Positions 30,065-45,485 are shown, numbered from the stretch's first letter. The stretch: 64,000 nt of DNA from Octopus sinensis (GCF_006345805.1 NW_021833267.1:1-64000); one strand, 5' to 3'. Notes: generated by a model from the letters alone, not told the origin. Numbers and translations are program-made.

Positions 30065-30330
30065 TCCATTACATAAGCCCCAGTGCTCAGCAGGTACATA
30101 TTTCATCAACCTTGCAAGGATGAGAATTGAAGTGTACCTCGGCGGATTTTGATCTCAGAAGTTGAAGGCGTGTTAATGATTCTAACAGCACGTCACCAGG
30201 TTTTGTTTCTTTTTATGAGAGGATGGGCAGGTCAATAACATTGACCTCAGTGTTCCACTGGAATATCATTTCATCGGTTCCGAATGGATAAAAACCAAAG
30301 TTAGCCCGGCCGAGGTTAACTTTGTTTTTG
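30065..30330 (-). mobile_element. Degenerate SINE family A fragments
   Basis: ACCTCGGCGGATTTTGATCTCAGAA and related segments match family A in reverse. Confidence 0.55.
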
Positions 30331-31191
30331 AATAAAAATTAAAGTGCCGTAACAAATAAATTTGAATAAAGAGCGGTAACAAATGGCGCTAAGCATTTTT
30401 CCCGGCATGCAAAATATTCAGCCAGTTTGCCGTATTAATGATATGGGCATGTTTCAAATATATGCATTTTACACCAGAAGTCCCTCGCAGATTCATGCAT
30501 ATACATATCGAGTTAAAGCAGTGGAAAACTTAAATGTCTTATATGATAAACTAATACGTAGAATTACTAGTTAATCGCAATTAAATTTCTTTAAATATCT
30601 GTGACTGCCTCTGTCTCTTCCTCCCCTCTCTCCTTCTCCAACATCCCTCCTTCCCCCCCCTCTCTCTATCTATTTATATATGTATATGTATGGACATATA
30701 TAATATATATATGCTTCTTCAAAAATATTCGAAACCAGGATATTGGTTAACATGAAAGCCAGAAGAATAATACTAGGTATTTGGAAATATATCTTAATAG
30801 ATTAAATATAATTGATAAATTAAATGCTTCTGTTCCACCAGGGAAGGGTTGGACGTTTCTAACTGGCCAATCACCCAACTGGAAAATGACAAAAACTCCC
30901 TTAACTCCTTCTAAATGTTAAGATCATAGCCAAGCACATTCTGTCATTTTCGTCAGCAAAAAGCTATTCAAAAGCCGATATAGAGAAACATATAAGGTAT
31001 ATATATATATACATGGAAATTATATGGATTTGTAAGGTAAAATTATAGGCTGTTGTTTTTAATTTGGTTAGTATTAACAATTTATACCCAATTTCTATTG
31101 TCGTGGTTTTCTGTAACACTTTTATTTGATAAACGTATATATAGAATTACTGGTTAATACGTTTAATCGCAATTAAAATCCTTTAAATATA

Positions 31192-31237
<46 letters not shown>

Positions 31238-31689
31238 GCTCCCTCTCTCCGCCTACATACTATATCCCACTCTCTATCTATTTATATATATGTGTATATG
31301 CTTATATATAATGTATATGCATCTTTAAAAATATTTATTTACTAGCACAGTTATTCATACATACCTACACACATGACCATATAATCCTATATTTACGTAT
31401 ATATATATATGTGTTTGTATACACGTATACGTACGTATTTAAAGAGAGACGGAGAGGAAGAGAGACGGAGGGAGATAGATTGTGGGATAGACATAAATAG
31501 ATATGTATATATGCGTATATACACACCAACATGTATATACATGTATGCGTATACACGCTGATACTAACATAAATATATACGTTTAAATAGAAAGACATAT
31601 ATAAAATTTAATTGTAAAATTTTATTCAAATTTTACAATAACTTTAATATGCAAACATTATACACACACCTACACATACACACACACAA

Positions 31690-31726
<37 letters not shown>

Positions 31727-32189
31727 CACATACACAATCATATATATACATATATATATGTATATATATATATATATATATACATATATATGTGTATATA
31801 TATATATATACATATATATATACATATACGCAGTCATATATAAACGTATTAATCAAGGCTATGCAAATAGGTACACAGTAGTAATTAGAAAAGCTAAGCA
31901 ATAACTATAAATGCCACCCCCTCCTTAATTATAATGTGACTTAATTAAATTTCGTTTTATTGTTACAATGAAATATTAATTCAAAGAGAGAAGATAGAAA
32001 ATGTTTACATGGAGATGTTGTTCGTTAATTATATACTTTCTCTTAATGAAATCCTTTTGAAAAGTAAAGATTTCATTATACCATTTATGCTCGTATATAT
32101 ACCTACATATATATATAAATATTCAGATACGTACATACATATATATATGTATATATATTTATATATATGTATACATGTATATAAATTAT

Positions 32190-33890
32190 AAAAACACCTA
32201 AGAACCAAATCATAACAGACATCTACCACAAACCTACAGACTCACAACAATACCTCCTCTTTAGTTCATGCCACCCAAAACACACCAAGACAAATATCCC
32301 TTTCAATTTAGCTAAAAGGGTATGCACCATTGTCTCGGATCCAAAAACACGAGAAATACGCCTTCAAGACCTCAAAAAAACACTATTACAACGTCAATAT
32401 CCCTCCACCCTTATAGAGTATGGAATAAAACGCGCCAAAGAACTAGACAACACTACACTGAAAACCACCCAACCTAACACCACACACAACCTCAAAATAC
32501 TTCCATACATTTCCACCCAAAACCCAAAAATATCGAAGCATACACCACAATCATACAAAACCTCAGTCTACTGTCAACAGACCCAAAAATGAAAAACATT
32601 ATAAATACACACAAAATCCTCAAATGCAAAAGGCAACACAAATCTTTAGAAAAACTCTTGACAATGCCAAACTTCACACACCACATCCACCCCCAACAGT
32701 AAAAAAATGTGCACGCTCAAACTGTGGTACCTGCCCCTTTCTACTTGAAGGCTCTGAATTTACCTTCAAACAAGGTACGAAGTTTAAAATCAGACTAACT
32801 TCTCCTGTTCCTCCGAGAACCTTATCTACGTTCTCACATGCGCTGGTTGCCAACATAATTATGTTGGACAAACGAGTCTCCCGTTACGTAAACGAGTAAC
32901 GGTGCATAAAGAACAAAAAAATCTCCCGGAATACCGACAAATTCCACTGAGTGACCACTTAGACTCATGTGCTAAAGACTTAAACCCCAAATTCTATATA
33001 TTCCCCTTCTACCAATGTAAAGACGGGATCACCACACAGGAGAGAATTAACAAGGAGAATCTCTTTATTGAAAAATTCCAAACACAACTTAATATGCAAA
33101 CTCCTCGTTGATCAAACTTCCTTTCTCTACCTCACTCTTCATGAATGGACTAACACAAATATATAAAGATACCATGCATTCATCACTTCAAGCTAAAACT
33201 TATATTCTTTAAATATCATTTTTACTATTGTTGTTATTACTATCATTTTTATTATAAATGATATGACAATTTGAAATGCAATTGTCTATGCAGATTTATA
33301 TTATTAGAAAATAATATAAATAAAGTGTTAAAATCTGAAAGTTAAGTTAACAAGCAATTATATAAAAAAGATAATGCAAATGAAGCTAAAATGATAGTTT
33401 TATAATTTGGGTTTTATTGAAGAACTCAAAAGAGTTGTCTCCCCTTACCCACAACACAGGAACTGAAGAACCAGGACCACAATTACTACTACTTCCTGTC
33501 CTGCAACATGCTGAATTTAACAACACAACACATCACATGCTCTTAATCCCTTTGGATCTTAACACCTCAAGGTAATTTTTTGGTAAACAACCATAAAACT
33601 CAAGATACACAACGAACTCACAATGTATCGGAGAACTTATTTTTTAATTTTTCTACATTTTTATCATTATTCTTTTACAAAAAACAATGCAATTTTCTTT
33701 TTTTCCCCTTTCTAATTTTTAAAATAACTTCTTAAAACATAAATATTCTTGACAAGTCATACAATGACGAAAACCGGTTGAATAAATATATATTCATATA
33801 TTTTATCATTTTCTCATTTTATTAAAATTTTCTTTCATTTGAGCATTCTGCATTTTTAAAAAAAAATTTCCTTACTTATCATTTCTCCAC
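32190..33890 (+). mobile_element. Penelope-like element 3' part (RT thumb + GIY-YIG endonuclease, frameshifted) and 3' region
   Basis: FSSCHPKHTKTNIPFNLAKRVCTIVSD...QYP; KKCARSNCGTCP; NLIYVLTCAGCQHNYVGQTSLPLRKRVTVH...SDH...E..FIEKF..LN. Stop at 33111. Confidence 0.9.
33744..33784 (+). ncRNA. Degenerate minimal hammerhead motif in the Penelope-like 3' region
   Basis: TATTC-TTGACAA-GTCA-TACAA-TGAC-GAAA-ACCGGT-T-GAATA: stems intact, core mutated. Confidence 0.55.
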
Positions 33891-33921
33891 GTGCGGTCAA
33901 CACAACCCCACCATTTATTGA

Positions 33922-33974
<53 letters not shown>

Positions 33975-34038
33975 GATATATATATTTACATATGTATGTA
34001 CGTATCTGAATATTTAATATATGTATATATATATCTAT

Positions 34039-34132
<94 letters not shown>

Positions 34133-34651
34133 CATGCTTTGTTTGTTATCAGCTTGAAATCCGATGTGGAAAAACATCTTAGATATATGAAGAAAAATAT
34201 ACATATATACGTTCTTATATTCATGGATATGTGTGAGCGAGTTTGGATGTGTACGGGTGTGTATGTGTATATGTGTTTATCTATATCTCTCTATATATAT
34301 GTACGTATGTGCATATACATGTGTGTGTTTGTGTGAGTGTATGCGTTTGTTTATGTGTGCTTGTGTCTCTTTATTTTTTTGTATCTATCCACCTTCCTAT
34401 CTATACTTCTACCTACACGCATACACGCACAGACGCCTGCGCGTATGAATCAGTAAGTAAAGTTAATTTTTTGTGCACTATTTTCTCTCTCTCTCTCTCT
34501 CTCTCTCACTCTCTCTCTATCTATCTATCTCTATCTATCTCTCTATCTCTATCTATCTCTCTATCTAACTGTCTGTCTATCTATCTATGTTTCTGTCTGT
34601 CTGTCTGTCTATCTCTCAATCCATCTGTCTGTCTGTCTGTCTCTCTATCTA

Positions 34652-34999
34652 CTCTTTTACTCTCTTTTACTTGTTTCAGTCATTTGACTGCGGCCATGCT
34701 GGAGCACCGCCTTTACTCGAGATAATCAACCCCAGGACTTATTCTTTGTAAGCCCAGTACTTATTCTATCGGCCTCTTTTGCCGAACCGCTAAGTAAGGG
34801 GGACATAAACACACCAGCATCGGTTGTCAAGCAATGCTAGGGGAACAAACACAGTATATATATACATATATACGACAGCTTCTTTCAGTTTCCGTCTACT
34901 AAATCCACTCATCTTGACCAAGATTCCACGCCGTGGGACTGAACCCGGAACCCTGTGGTTGTTTAGCAAGCTACTTACCACACAGCCACTCCTGCGTCT
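34652..34999 (-). mobile_element. tRNA-derived SINE family B
   Basis: Reverse-complement head GCAGGAGTGGCTGTGTGGTAAG (A box)...GGTTCAGTCCC (B box); tail GAAACAAGTAAAAGAGAGTAAAAGAG. Confidence 0.9.
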
Positions 35000-35034
35000 A
35001 TGTATCTAAATGTATTTGTATCTATATCTCTCTC

Positions 35035-35069
<35 letters not shown>

Positions 35070-38000
35070 TATATATTATATATATATATATATATGTGCG
35101 TGCGTGTATGCTTGTGTGTGTGCATGTGTGTGTGTATCGCACTTGCCCCTTTCTCGTTACTCACGTACGTTTAATCGACCTTATATTCCCCCACGTGCTC
35201 CAACCGTACATTATTTTCAATTCCCTTCCTAAAGCGTGTATTACTTCCTCCTTACATAAGAAGTCGCTGTTTCATAGATTTGTCTGCTTCTGACCAAATT
35301 ATACAATATCGAATGATGATGGCCACTACTTCACGATGGGCGAACACATGAGAAACAGTGTTTTGTATAAAAGTTGCCCAAGTGTTGAATAATTACTGAA
35401 TAATCAAATTAACGTTGTAGTATCACGTGGGGCTTTGCTAATTGTACGCAAATAACGTTAGGACATATACAGAGTATTTTATACTTGGTATTCCTACTTG
35501 TTTAATTCTTATTGTAAGAGACTCACAGCGTCGAACACCGGTTGTGTCATTAAGCACTGTGAACATTAAAATATACAGCTTAGAGAATCTAAGTTTATAT
35601 TATGTACGTTTATTTACGTCTCTCTGTCTCTTTCTCTCTTTCTCTCCCTCTCTCCTTTTCATTCTTCCCTCGCTCTTCTTTCCCTCATGCTTCACTCTCT
35701 CTCCCTCTACCTCCCGATTTCTCTTTTCGCGCACATACAGCCCCAAAGTTATACATTCACGCATCCATACAATCTCATACACATACAAAGGCCAATATGA
35801 ACAAATTCTAAGTGTTAATTTGAACGCAGCTTCCTTCCTGCGAAATATCAGAAATAGTAATTACGAATTAATTAATATATCTTCTATATAATTAAAACTA
35901 AAGAAGGCGGAAGGAGAAAAGTACCGAATCAAAATGGAGACAACTAAAAGAGGACAATTTTTGATCAGTGAATTTTGTTGTAAATGAGTTAATTGACCAA
36001 TAATCTAAAATATAAACACTTCAAAGAGTTTTGTTATTCTTGGATAATTCCAATAATATATCGGGATAAAGAAATTCCCAGCAGTCCCTTCGTCAATTTG
36101 TAACCGACATTTTAGAATATATTTACTTGTCTGCCAAAACATTAAGTGAAATCAGGAAGGATATTAGCCATCAAATTTCATAACCGCTTCAAGTTCTATT
36201 TGAGTGTTTATTCTCTGTAGCAACAAGAATTATTTGAGAAAGACAGATATCAATCGCATTAAATATTCCAACTTCCGCATCAGTGAGTTGCTTCAGACAC
36301 ATCTATTGAAAGACAAAGACGTTTATTAAGAAAGTACAACAAATACATCTATATATCTTCTAATAGCAGTAAAAGATGTCCCATGTCCTTGTAAATGGCT
36401 TTCGCATCGATCTATGTAATCTTATCTAATGAATAATTAAAAAAATATAGCGTTCGAACATTCTGTACATATAATTAGCAATCAGTTCAACATCTTTGTT
36501 AAACGAGGATGCTTTGACAGCAAGATTTCATATATTTCTGAAGTGCATGGTTTACAAGGCGGAGTAGAAAATTTATATTCTGACCATGCTAAAAAATGCC
36601 CTTGTTTTCAAACTTTACATTGTTATCTCGGAGTTTCTATATCAAATTGGTTAAACTCGTATCATTGTTTTTACCTGCTTCTGGATCTATGAAGATGGTG
36701 AATATAGCAGGTATAAACACTAATTCATGTACATAATTCGTTTCTGTATTGGATATATTTTATATAATGATCGTCTGCTAATGCTCACAAAATACAATCA
36801 TAAAACCTTGGAAATTTCCACGAAAAAATACAGTGATTTTGAAAGAGAGTTCTATCTTCAGATCGTGAATTAAATATGATATAACTTGATGTTACTTTTA
36901 CAGCAAGCGACACATAATCGAATCATAATGTTCATTGATTTCCACCACCATGATATGGTAACACTTCTCCATGTACTGGAAACGAATTTTAATACAACTT
37001 GAAAACGTATAAATGCTTTCTCTATATTTCAGAGAAATGAAACGTTTGTATTTTCTTTTGGTATAAGCGATCGCCCTATCAGCCATCTTACAATAAGGTG
37101 TTATAGAGGGAGAAGAGATTTGCTTTGCTTTGTAAATGCTATCTAAATAATGTGTTTTCATGGTTCCCGGCTTAAAAAATCTTTTATTAATATATTGATG
37201 CGCAAATATACATTAATAAAGTTACGTAGATTTACAAGACGGTGACAGCAGGGTGTCTGTGGAACCGCAGCATTGGAATCTGATGAAATTAAGCAATGAT
37301 TTCCAAAATTATTATAAATGAGAATTTTAGAAAATTTTTATGGAAAATCTTATAATATTAATGAATTATGGGAAGGGTTACATTCAAGCAACATTATTGG
37401 AATTCTTATCGTCATCATTATATCTTTCGGCAGTGCATATTCTTTTATTATATCTCTTCGTATTCTAGTACCCGCGACTGAGATTTGTTCCAAAGTTACA
37501 CACCAACGAACTCAGTCCGCTCAAATGCCTGGCAGGTCCTAAATTTTGTTTCTTCGCCAATAGCATCGATATAATTGAATAACATTCTCGTTATATTGCA
37601 GTGCGGGAGCTCACAAAATATATCCTATATTGCAGGGGATATTCAGCAGAATAGCAGTGGGAGACACGATTATACTGTATTGTGAAACAAAAGTAAATAT
37701 GGAATAGTTTCAAAAGTTTTGCCTTTTTCCAGTGAACTGTGTCGAGATCACTTGAGGAAACTCTCATTTTCAATAGCCAAATGCTATCGAAGATAAGCAA
37801 ATTTCAGAGCAGACATAAATCACGATGACAAATTTCGGCAATGGAAAGCACGTCAGTGCATCTATTTGAAAAATGTTATACCATTCACCACAGTTAATTG
37901 TACAAATGTATCGGATATCGCATCATCTTTAATGGCTTAAGAATGCAACATAAATATGTATACTCCTAGAACGACAAAATGGCCACGGCTGGAATATATT

Positions 38001-38718
38001 TAATAATAATTCTATGTTAAATTAGAGCCGATCTGAAAGTTTAAAATACAACCACTCATACAAAATGTCTCCTAACAAATTTGTTAATAAAATATTTGTT
38101 AATAAAATTCCACTCACGTCAACTTTATAAAATTTCAAGTATAAATTTTATATACATATGTACGTTTACGTATGTAGCTGTGCATGCATGTATGAATGTA
38201 CGTATGTACGTGTGTATGTGTGTGTGTGTGTGTGTGTAGGTGTTTGTAAATTTCAATTTGTTTTCAGACGGAATAAATTAAATTCTCACCAAAAACATAT
38301 TTATTTTTCTGCAGAACACGAAAAACAGTATTTTTGTTTTGTATATGTGGCGTTTGTTTGTTATTAATGTTTTTTTTTTTTTACTGAAAATTTCTTCTCT
38401 TTTGAGAAAAGATTTATGGACAGCTCCGTCTTTGATAGGACTTTTGATCACTTGTCGAGCAAACGATATTTTTTACGTATTTTATATTGTGTGGTTTATA
38501 TTTTGTACTTTTATATTATCGCATATTTAAAAAATTCTTTATGCTAGTCATCTCAACTAACTAGGAATGTTATCACCAATTACTAACACACACACACACA
38601 CGCACACATATACACATATATATATATACATACATATATACATTATATAGATATATCTGTATGTGTGTGCATAGGTATATATATATATATGCATATATGT
38701 ATATTTATTTTACATATA

Positions 38719-38772
<54 letters not shown>

Positions 38773-39032
38773 ATATATACATATACACATATGATTTCTC
38801 CAACCATCGATAATGATATTAATGACGATAATAATACATTATTATGATTATTATTATATTATTATTATTATTATTATTATATTATTATTATTATTATTAT
38901 TATTATTGCTGTTGTTGATGTTGTTGTTTTTGATATATATATATAGAAATACAAAAAACTAAACATAAAAAATAAACATACAGAAAAACAATATATATAT
39001 ATCAATAAGCACATTGCTCTCTATGAACACAG

Positions 39033-39118
<86 letters not shown>

Positions 39119-39801
39119 TATATGTATGTGTATATGTGTGGTTGTGTGTTTGTGTGTATGTATGTGCATATAAACACAGAAATATATTTCAATTGAGCGT
39201 CAAAATGTCTAATTTATTAAACATTATTACCTAAAATTTGATTTCTAGTACTTTAAAATTTGACAAAGTACATAACCATGGCAACAAAATGGAATTTGCC
39301 GCAAAAGACGCCCACATTTCCATCCATATACCCACTCATACACAGCCCGTTTACACCCACATATACATGCCGCATGTAACCATACATTTATTTTTAAACT
39401 GCACAAAATTAATTGTCAAATACGAAAGCGAAAGAAAAATGAAAATATATATAAAAGAGAAACAAAAACAAAACATGAAATAAATGATAATAAATATGAA
39501 GAAATCTAAATATAACATAAACAGCTGATTTATTTTGTGAGATATATCATATGAGTGGACGTACGATAGAAAGGTGTTAATAACTAAGTTCTGGCAAACG
39601 TATTATAGATGAGATGTGATCGTTATATTTTGTATAAATCATGGAGAAAAATATTTGTTAGCTAGAAAAAACAATTTTTCAAGTTAAGAAAAAAATAGAA
39701 GGGATATACCGAAAGGAAAATGTAGAAAACATGGCGAAGGCATATGTAGACACACAGCCATGTTTTTATATCTATAACACTATATATATATATATACATT
39801 C

Positions 39802-39851
<50 letters not shown>

Positions 39852-40056
39852 GTGGTAACACCAAGACATATACATAGACACATGTGCACAAAATCACACT
39901 CACACATGGAATATATGTAAAGGTGCATATATAGATATGTGAATATTAATATTTTTATGTGTGTATGAGTAAAACATATGTGGGTGTTATTTGTTGCTAT
40001 TTAGATAAACATTTGTCTAGTAAAACATAAACGCAAACGCAATACAATTATGTATG

Positions 40057-40088
<32 letters not shown>

Positions 40089-40292
40089 TACATATTATTG
40101 TGAGTAAGTAGCTGTGTGCTTCTATCCGGTTATATGTATATGAGTCTGTCTGAAAGAGCATATGTGCAATTGTAAACCTCATATATTATGTTGATATTTC
40201 AGAAAAATAATTTGCATCTATATGAGTTTGTATTTATATATGCATATTCATATATATCATGTGCTTCTGTGTATTTGTGAGAATACATACAT

Positions 40293-40373
<81 letters not shown>

Positions 40374-40525
40374 TATATATATATATACATACATATATGT
40401 ATAAGTATATATATGTATATGTATATATAATATATATATAATATGTACATATGTGTGTGTATAATATATATAAAATATATATATAGAATATATATAGAAT
40501 ATATATACAATATATATATATGTAT

Positions 40526-40563
<38 letters not shown>

Positions 40564-41596
40564 CAGACATATTCTAGCACAAAGACACAGTCATCTATAT
40601 AAACGAACCTGCGTATACATACAACAACATACACAATACACCCATAGACGGCGGCACAGTCAAACGTATGCTCATACACAGATGAGGATACACAAGGATA
40701 GACGCATTAATTGGCGGTAGATTACAGTTATTGATTATATTTAAACTCAATTGATATTTATAACAGTGAATAGCCGAACGAAACAACAACAACCATAGCA
40801 TCGGCAACATCACATCGACATCAACTTCGGTAAATTTTTGAATAAGAAAAACTATCAAGCATTCCAAATAACAAAAAACAAAACAACAACAACTGCTCCT
40901 ACAACCATATCAACACCAAACCACAAACACTTCCAGTAACAACAACAACAACAGCAACAATATCGACAACGATGGTGACGACCACGTCGATAACAAATAC
41001 TGTGGGGAGAACAACAACTAAAACAAGAACAATTTCAATAACGAACATTGGTTACAAATCATTGAAACGTGTTGAAATTAGACAAGGCTATTTACATGAA
41101 AAAATATTTGATTTATTTCCCCTTTATAGCTCATCGTATCTTCTCTACCTCTTGTCCACCATTTTGATTCTTTCAGACAAGGTTGTATTTATTTTCTTTT
41201 AGATTTTTTTTTTTGGTTTTATTTCGTAGTAATTTGGTCAATAAAACAATTTTAAAGTTTTTTTTTTACATTTACGTATACACACATACATGCGCCCGTG
41301 TATATATATATATATGTGTGTGTGTTTTGTGTGTATGTGTGTGTATTTGTGCCTCGGTGCGTTTGTATCTGTGTGTATGGGTATAGATATATTTATTTAT
41401 ATACATGTATGTCTGCGTGTGCCCGTGTCTATGCAAACACCGAGGCATAGATACACAAAAGAAAAATATGGCCCTATACACACCACACACACGCATACAC
41501 GGAAACATATATATGTACATATACACATATGCACATATAAATATATATGCATATATATACACATACATATATATGTATATAAATATATATATATAC

Positions 41597-41629
<33 letters not shown>

Positions 41630-41797
41630 ATATATATAATATATATAATATATATATATATAATATATATATATAATATATATATACATATACATCTGTG
41701 AATATACATAAGTATAAATAAAAATCTGTGCATGCCCATATATATGCCTACTATATATGCCTACATATAGTTATATATGCATATATATATATATTTG

Positions 41798-41869
<72 letters not shown>

Positions 41870-43220
41870 TACATGTACACACGCCTATATGTGTGTGCAT
41901 GTGTGTGTTTGCCTGTGTTTTAGTTCCTCTAAAATACAAGATAAATAAATGAATAGCCAAATAGAAAATATGATATAAATTAAAAGAAAAAAAAAAAGAT
42001 TTTTAAACGAAACGAAATCGATAAATAAATACATAAATAACAAAAATTCTAAAAAAAAAATACAAATCTAAAACAGATATAAATAAAAGTGAATAATAAA
42101 TAAAGATTTATTATCTTTTTAAACTAATATCAATTTACAACTAGTCGTAACCCTACCACTCTGCCTGTTCCTCTTTCTTTGCATAGCTCTGTGTACGTGT
42201 ATGGACACAAACACATGCTTTCTTTCACACAGACACACACACACATTCACACATGCTTTCCTCCATACACACCCTTATATATATATACATTTAGATGAAA
42301 ACATATGTTCACGTACATGCGTACTTATATGTACACAAATATTTAACTATATATAAATTATTATATATATATATGGGCTTTTGAAGAACATATGTGTGTG
42401 TGTATGTTTGTGCAAGTAATCAATGTACTGCTATGGGAATTCACTCTTCTATGTAACTATCTGAGCACATATTTCAATCTATACCAAAATAGTTGTATGT
42501 GCGTGTGTGTTTACAAGCATTTTATTAAGCATACACAAAAAATAATGCGTACAATAATACATCTACATATGTACATACATACACACATGCATATATATGC
42601 TTACATACATGTGTATATACATATGTATATTTCTATATGCATATGTGTACGTATATATGCATATTTGTATGTAAATATGGTCTCATTTAAGAATCACATA
42701 TAGCATGGATATTCCATATTAATGTTCAACGTTCCCATACTTGATGGGACTTCAATTGAAAGCCAGTTTTGTAAACACTTCTCCAGAACCCAAATCTATC
42801 TCCGCTAGGAGCCACGAATAAATAGAAGATTCGTAACTCAAGTATGGAAACCGTTAGAAATATCAGCCAAACCCCGTTTACATTATTGTGTTTCATATTC
42901 TGTCAGATTGTAAATTTATGTAAAATATATTTATTGGCCGACCTCGAAGAGAAAGGCGATACTTAATGACGAAGTTCGCGTTAATTGTCGAAAGTTACTG
43001 GGTCGTTTTCAGCAGTTTTATATATTTAAAGTTTAAAATTAAGACATTTTAGAGAGAAATTCTACTTATCACTTCGTTAATCATAGGTTTGTTTGTCAAT
43101 TGTTTTGGAAGAATCCTGAATACCCCCAGATGACTGAAGGTAGCCTAAACGGTTACTAGAAATATGAACTCGGTGAAATGTTAATGGAATAGTTGCCTTA
43201 TACATAGATGTGTATGTACA

Positions 43221-43290
<70 letters not shown>

Positions 43291-43486
43291 GGGAAAGTTT
43301 GCGAAAATCAAAAGACGAAGACAGGTGGTGTACAAAACAAACAGATGTATTAGTATAACGCTCAGGAATAGAAAAAGTCTTTTACGTTTCGAGCCTACGC
43401 TCTTCTACAGAAAGGTACACAGAAAAAACAAGGAGAGAAACAAGGAGAGAAAAAAAGGAGAGAAAATGTGTGTAGTGGCTAACGAG

Positions 43487-43490
<4 letters not shown>
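43291..43490 (-). mobile_element. Short hammerhead-containing element, family H2 copy 1
   Basis: Homologous to 60827-61018; lies between (TA)n and (TATC)n. Motif at 43379-43414 (reverse complement) CTTT-CTGTAGA-A-GAGC-GTAG-GCTC-GAA-ACGT-A-AAAG. Confidence 0.75.
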
Positions 43491-43562
<72 letters not shown>

Positions 43563-43653
43563 TTATTTTATCTATCTATCTGCACGTTTGTCTGTCTCTC
43601 TGTCTAACTATATGCGTTTATATATATGTGTATACATATATGTATATACATGA

Positions 43654-43698
<45 letters not shown>

Positions 43699-43715
43699 TA
43701 AGATGCGATGATTTT

Positions 43716-43812
43716 AAGGAATAAGATGCAATAACTTACAAACTTGGTGCGATGCATATATATATTATATATGCATCGTACCAAGTTTGTAAGTTATTGC
43801 ATCTTATTCCTT
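43716..43812. repeat. Near-perfect palindrome centred on a TA tract
   Basis: AAGGAATAAGATGCAATAACTTACAAACTTGGTGCGATGCAT / ATGCATCGTACCAAGTTTGTAAGTTATTGCATCTTATTCCTT, one G.T mismatch. Confidence 0.95.
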
Positions 43813-44295
43813 TTCAAGACTTCTGGCTCCTCTACAAGGATGTTTTTCATTCTTGCCATCATCAATATGCATCACTCCGGAATGGGTTTTCGGTTCTTTC
43901 TACGGTGGAATAAAAAAGTCATTAAGACACGAATCAAAACATGGTCGTCCATAATGTTGCTCCAGTCTACATTTCAACCCTGAAAATATGGAATGATGGT
44001 AAGTTACAAAGAAAAGCACCAGCATCAAATAAAAATTCAAGACTCAAATTTTGCCTTCATTTTCAAAATCTGGATAAGCATACGTAAATATATACATGTA
44101 AATATATATATATATATGTATATACACACACGCATACATAGTCATATTTATGCACATATATGCACATACACACAAATATATACATACATATAAATATATA
44201 TAGAAATAAAGTCGCTCGTACACACGTACATATATATATGTGTGTGTAGATATATATATTATATATAAGTGTATATTTCATATATATATATGTTT

Positions 44296-44339
<44 letters not shown>

Positions 44340-45046
44340 CATACACGTGTATTCTTATATGCATATATGTATGTATATATATATGTGTGTATGTGTGTGA
44401 ACGTGTGTATATTTGAATGCATTATATGATATTTCTGTATTCGCGTTATACCTTTTTTTTTCAAATTTTGCCAAATTTTAACGCACTGTTGTATGTCGAA
44501 TATTTGACACTGGAAACCATTGGATCAGGAAGGAGTTCTTGCTTGGCAAATCAAGCGAATGTCGAAATTGGCACAATATCAGAAGATTCCGTTCTCAGAC
44601 AACTTAATTATCTCTATGATATCCGCTACCATAACGCAGCACATATCTCCATATCGCTTCCGTATAAATGTGTATAATGGACACATATATACATAGTCAT
44701 TTACATATACTACATACATATACATACATACATAATACATACACAGAATCTCACACACACGCACACACACACATATATATATATTTAGATATATTTTATA
44801 AACACATATGTATATATATGAATACATGCATACACACACACACATATATATATATATACATATTTAGATATATTTCATGTATACATGTATATATATATGT
44901 ATATATATACACACACACACATATATATAGATAGATGTGTCTGTAAAGAGAGGGCAAATGATATAGAGATATACCTACCTGGTGCATACATGCGTACAGG
45001 CTCACATATATTCATATACACATACATACTTATATACATATTTACA

Positions 45047-45094
<48 letters not shown>

Positions 45095-45128
45095 ATATAT
45101 ACAAACATATATAAATATATTTATATTC

Positions 45129-45169
<41 letters not shown>

Positions 45170-45434
45170 TATATATACATATATATATATATGCGTATAT
45201 ATGTATATATATATGCATATATATGTATATTCATTACGTGCGTTTTTGTGTACGTATGAATATGAATACGTGTGATCATGTAGGAAGCATGTATGGAAGT
45301 AAATGATATACACATTGAAATACACATACAGAGCACACATACACACACACACATCTAATCACACACATATACTTCATTTGACTAATATAGCGAGCATATA
45401 TCGTGCGGCAGAGAAAAACTAGATCTATTCATAC

Positions 45435-45485
<51 letters not shown>

